From Bryobacterales bacterium (GTDB lineage Bacteria; Acidobacteriota; Terriglobia; Bryobacterales; UBA6623), in NCBI GenBank assembly GCA_965216215.1, contig CBDCFO010000006.1, positions 208,626-272,625 on the forward strand: 64,000 bases of DNA, written 5' to 3'. The translations under genes were made by a program, and so were the position numbers. The notes below the pieces were generated by a model. That model ran no database searches, was not told the DNA's origin, and saw only the letters and a list, made by a program, of their open reading frames with translations. Below, piece after piece: positions 60,748 to 64,000 of the stretch; within the stretch, counting starts at the first letter, position 1; the number at the start of each line of letters is the position of its first letter.

Positions 60748-61679
60748 CGCTGCCGGGGCTGCCGCCGCCCAGGCCCATCCCGCTGAAGGAGCGGGCTGCG
60801 CTGGTCTTTGTCGAGCGGTCCCAGATCGATGTCGCGGACGGGGCCTTCGTCGCCATCGACGCCGAGGGGGTGCGCACGCATATCCCGATCGGCGGCGTTG
60901 CCTGCCTGATGCTGGAGCCCGGTGCGCGGATCAGCCACAAGGCCGTCGCCCTGGCGGCGCAGGCGGGGACGCTGGTGACCTGGGTGGGCGAGGCGGGCGT
61001 GCGGCTCTATTCGGCGGGGCAGCCGGGCGGGGCGCGTTCGGACCGGCTCCTGTGGCAGGCGCAATTGGCGCTGGATCCGGCCGCGCGGCTGCGGGTCGTG
61101 CGCAAGATGTATGCCCTGCGGTTCGGCGAGGCGGCCCCGGCTAAACGCTCGATCGACCAACTGAGGGGGATCGAGGGCCAGCGTGTCCGCCATACGTACA
61201 GGCTCCTGGCGCAGCGGCACGGCGTCGCCTGGAAGAAGCGCGGCTACGATCCCGGCGACTGGAACAGTGCCGATGTCGCCAACCGCTGCCTGTCAGCTGC
61301 CACGGCGTGCCTGCACGGACTCAGCGAGGCCGCGGTGCTGGCAGCGGGCTACGCTCCGGCCATCGGGTTCCTGCACACGGGCAAGCCGCGCAGCTTCGTT
61401 TACGACATCGCGGACCTGTGGAAGCTGGAGACGGTCGTGCCCGAGGCCTTTCGCATCGCCAGCCGCGCGCAGAAGGGGAAGCTCGACATGCCGCTTGAGC
61501 GGGCGGTGCGGCTAGCCTGCCGGGACAGCTTCCGCAAGACGGGGCTGCTGGGCCGGATCATTCCGTGCATTGACGAGGTGCTGGCTGCCGGGGAGTTGCC
61601 AAGGCCCGAGCCGCCGGCCGAAGCGTTGGGTCCGGCGTTTGAAGAGGAGCAGAGCGGCGATGATGGTCATCGCGGTTAA
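60744..61679 (+). CDS. cas1: Cas1 (type I-E)
   Basis: A GTG at 60744 overlaps the cas6 stop (GTGA). [49 protein letters not shown]...[11 protein letters not shown]...LRGIEG...[20 protein letters not shown] is collinear with E. coli Cas1. Confidence 0.9.
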   Translation: [311 protein letters not shown]

Positions 61680-61974
61680 CAACGCTCCCCCACGTCTGCG
61701 GGGACGGCTGGCGGTATGGTTGCTGGAAATCCGGGCGGGCGTCTACGTGGGGCGCTATTCATCTCGGGTGAGAGGCCGGATCTGGGAACAGGTCAGGGCC
61801 GGGATCGCTGATGGCGATGCGGTGATGTGCTGGGCAGCACCGACCGACCAAGGGTACGAATCGTTACCTATCGCTCGAGCCGCTCAGCGGATGCCCCAAG
61901 ATTTCGACGGTCTGAAGCTCGTCAGTTTCGCGGCACCGCCAACAAGGAGTGTGGTGAGGAGCGAATTGCCGTGA
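61660..61974 (+). CDS. cas2: Cas2 (type I-E)
   Basis: [31 protein letters not shown]...DGLKLVSF matches E. coli Cas2 ([28 protein letters not shown]...DGLRLVSF). Confidence 0.9.
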   Translation: [104 protein letters not shown]

Positions 61975-62050
61975 TCATCGCCGATGCGCAGAATGCCGGT
62001 AGAAATTCTGCCCCTGCGGAAGGTCTCTGCTATCAGGTACATAGCATCTA
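61975..62050 (+). promoter_or_regulatory. CRISPR leader (cas2-proximal)
   Basis: This 76-nt stretch lies between the cas2 stop and the first repeat and has lower GC (…GGTAGAAATTCTGCC…TATCAGGTACATAGCATCTAGT). The degenerate terminal repeat is at the opposite end of the array. Confidence 0.5.
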
Positions 62051-62387
62051 GTCTGTTCCCCGCACACGCGGGGATGAACCGCCCTCTTGTTACGGCACCC
62101 TTCTCGCACATGGCTGTTCCCCGCACACGCGGGGATGAACCGGGATGGAGCATCCGTGCAGCGTCTTCAAGAAGGCTGTTCCCCGCACACGCGGGGATGA
62201 ACCGGTCCTTCGAGCTGGGCTATCCTCACAAAGCCCCTGTTCCCCGCACACGCGGGGATGAACCGGCTTCGAGGCCACCCGATTCCCCCGCCTTGAACCG
62301 TTCCCCGCACACGCGGGGATGAACCGAGGCTGTTACCGCCAGCTCGGGCCATGGTGCCCTGTTCCCCGCACACGCGCACGCACCAAC
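62051..62387 (+). CRISPR. Type I-E CRISPR array: 6 repeats (29 nt), 5 spacers (32-33 nt)
   Basis: The repeat CTGTTCCCCGCACACGCGGGGATGAACCG occurs at 62051, 62112, 62174, 62235 and 62297 (the last with 1 mismatch). A degenerate last repeat at 62359 reads CTGTTCCCCGCACACGCGCACGCACCAAC. Spacers are 32, 33, 32, 33 and 33 nt. Confidence 0.95.
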
Positions 62388-62696
62388 GCCAATTTTCTGC
62401 CATAGTCCTTTTCCTATTGGCCTCTCTGACTCACGGCACCCTATCCAACCGCAGAAACTAGGATCAAGAGGATCGTTGCAGGAAAGGGAACAGACAGGTG
62501 CCGAGACACACTGGAAACCAGTAATCCTTTCTAGTGCAAAGACTTACGAGCAGTGTGAACCGGCCCTGCAGTGGTCAGGTTGTAAGCGTTCGGGCGGGCC
62601 GTGAATTGAGGAGGGTGAAAGCCGGTGGGGAGGGCGGCAAAAAAACTTGCATAAAACGCGGGACACAAGAAATGTGTTTATGGCAGCCTAGCGGAT

Positions 62697-63071
62697 GTGG
62701 AGGCGGAAAGGCAGCTGCCAGCGCAGCCGGCAGGGATGCCGGTCCAGTGCCAGTTGGAGCGGGAGCGGCCGTTGTCGTGGCAGATGGTGGAGGCGAAGCG
62801 CCAGTGGCATTACTGGCAGAGCCAGCACAAGCGGGCGAAGGAGCGCATCGAGCAGTGGCAGATGCGCTGCGGGGAAGCGCAGCAGAAGCTGGCGGCTGCG
62901 CAGCAGAGGATCGAGCAGCAGCACGAGCGGATCCAGGAGTTGGAGCAGGAGAATGCGGGCCTGAAGCAGCGCAACCAGGATCTGTTGCAGTCCCCGTTCG
63001 GGAAGCGGAGCGAGAAGCGCCAGAGCGGCAGTGAGGGGGGCAACGCGGAGCCGTCCCGCATGCACGGGTAG
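62697..63071 (+). pseudogene. IS66-family transposase, N-terminal coiled-coil fragment
   Basis: ...QQRIEQQHERIQELEQENAGLKQRNQDLLQSPFGKRSEKR matches the IS66 TnpC N-terminal pattern (leucine-zipper region followed by LFG.KSEK). The catalytic part is absent. Confidence 0.5.
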
Positions 63072-63145
63072 AGCGGTCCGGTCTAGCCTGAACTTCATCT
63101 GCCAATTACTGGTTAATCCAAGCAAGCGCAAGCAGTTACGCGAAA

Positions 63146-64000
63146 TCAACCTGCCATCGTACTGGAAACAAACTTGTCGGGATCCACCTCCAGCAGGGCG
63201 AATGCTTTCGCCTGCAAGGGAGTGGGCCTGGACAGCAACTGGAATTGATGCTGGTCGTCCTGGGGGAGCGTCACCTGATTGAGCGTCAGCGATCCGAGAT
63301 GGTCGAGCAGGGTCTGCAGGCTCTGCACGGGCAGCCCGTCCGGGGTCCGCTTCGTGTCCGCCTTGGCCTCTGCAGCGCGGGAAACGGTCGCCGGTTCGAC
63401 CGGTGACTGCCGGCGGGCCGCGGCCGCCTCGCGTTCGGCGTCCTCGAACAGCAGCGGCGCCAACTTGCGCCGCAAGTGCCATTCGACGTAGTAGGCCAGC
63501 ATGCACAGGAAGACATGCCCGCGCACGTGCTCTGCGGAGTAGACGTACACCGGCCGCAGGTGCAGCTGGGTCGTCTTCAGCGAACGGAAGGCCCGCTCGA
63601 CCCGCGCCAGGCTCTTGTACGCCGCCACCGCGGCGTCCGCCCCGAGCGCATCCTTTGCCAGGCTCGTGCGCACCACATAGATGCCGTCCAGCCGCGCCTC
63701 GGCCGCGATCCGCTCCTGCTTGCGCGACCAGCGCAGTTCCGCGTCGGTCACGACGATCTCGAAGTGCTTCTCGACCTTCTTGCGATTGGCCTCGCGGCCC
63801 ACGCGGCGGTTGATCGCGTCCCGCCCGCGCAAGGGCTTCCTGCCGCGCCGCACCTGGGCAGCGATCTTCTCCAGGAGCGCCTCGGTCGCTTGCAGCAGGT
63901 CTTCGCGCTTGCGGGCGCGCTCGGCGCGCAGGCGCGGGTTCAGGCAGGCCAGCAGGCGCTCGCCGGGGAAGTCCGGGCTGAGGATCTCGGCCACTTGGTC
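63146..64000 (-). CDS. IS1634-family transposase, C-terminal part (gene runs off the window)
   Basis: ...DGIYVVRTSL...AVAAYKSLARVERAFRSLKTTQLHLRPVYVYSAEHVRGHVFLCMLAYYVEWHLRRKL is the conserved DDE_Tnp_1/IS1634 C-terminal block. The N-terminus lies beyond 64000. Confidence 0.75.
   Translation of the reverse strand, partial: DQVAEILSPDFPGERLLACLNPRLRAERARKREDLLQATEALLEKIAAQVRRGRKPLRGRDAINRRVGREANRKKVEKHFEIVVTDAELRWSRKQERIAAEARLDGIYVVRTSLAKDALGADAAVAAYKSLARVERAFRSLKTTQLHLRPVYVYSAEHVRGHVFLCMLAYYVEWHLRRKLAPLLFEDAEREAAAARRQSPVEPATVSRAAEAKADTKRTPDGLPVQSLQTLLDHLGSLTLNQVTLPQDDQHQFQLLSRPTPLQAKAFALLEVDPDKFVSSTMAG

Noticed and set aside
61884-62403. Several 60-110-aa ORFs across the CRISPR array (translations containing FPAHAGMN, VHPRVCGEQ or FIPACAGN). 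Similar ORFs cross the orphan repeats (15490..16206, 20470..20799, 51957..52514).
   Set aside because: The periodic peptide motifs are simply translations of the 29-nt repeat in different frames. They are not genes.

Overview
High-GC (about 65%) bacterial chromosomal window. Gene content suggests an Acidobacteriota-like host: a carboxypeptidase-regulatory-domain TonB receptor, CRTAC1/ASPIC-UnbV proteins and bacillithiol genes. This host call is inference only. Positions 1-9.6 kb look ordinary: a TonB-dependent receptor and two CRTAC1-family/TPR gene pairs. The rest is a heavily rearranged accessory region dominated by mobile elements and by CRISPR-Cas loci of different ages. (1) 9.6-15.7 kb: a 234-bp TIR (MITE-like) element, a frameshifted rve-type transposase, and an IS110-family element whose non-coding left end is split by a complete IS21 (istAB, 6-bp TSD). 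(2) 15.7-20.7 kb: a decayed plasmid or integrative-element remnant (parA', methyltransferase, resolvase', integrase') bracketed by orphan type I-E CRISPR repeats, followed by xth. (3) 22.5-27.7 kb: a frameshifted LRR/Calx-beta gene, an OmpR-type response regulator lacking the phospho-acceptor Asp, hicAB with a frameshifted toxin, and TPR and ankyrin pseudogenes. (4) 27.7-31.9 kb: an IS110 fragment, a 28-nt intron stub and two full tandem group II introns directly behind a rho-independent terminator. (5) 32-36.3 kb: a roughly 1450-aa Met-rich repeat lipoprotein with two TbpB-like barrel domains, frameshifted near its 3' end. (6) 36.4-38.7 kb: an AT-rich spacer with a 20-bp perfect palindrome, then a decayed Ser/Thr kinase. 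(7) 38.8-42.5 kb: a truncated IS110, a solo TIR, a decayed second I-E module (cas7'-cas5-cas6-cas1'), an IS1634 N-terminal fragment and a TonB-receptor fragment. (8) 42.5-44.3 kb: bshA-bshB1. (9) 45.1-51.1 kb: an IS4-type transposase fused to a DUF4338 (DruA-like) domain and inactivated by one in-frame TAG, carrying a nested intact IS110, then a third group II intron. (10) 51.4-53.4 kb: a third cas1'-cas2 remnant with variant repeats and a type I-G csb1/cas7 fragment. (11) 53.6-62.4 kb: an intact type I-E operon (cas3-cse1-cse2-cas7-cas5-cas6-cas1-cas2) with a 6-repeat array. (12) 62.7-64 kb: IS66 and IS1634 fragments. The most interesting signal is in the IS110 left ends. They look like programmable bridge-RNA genes, because guide-like segments co-vary with the insertion junctions of the two intact copies.
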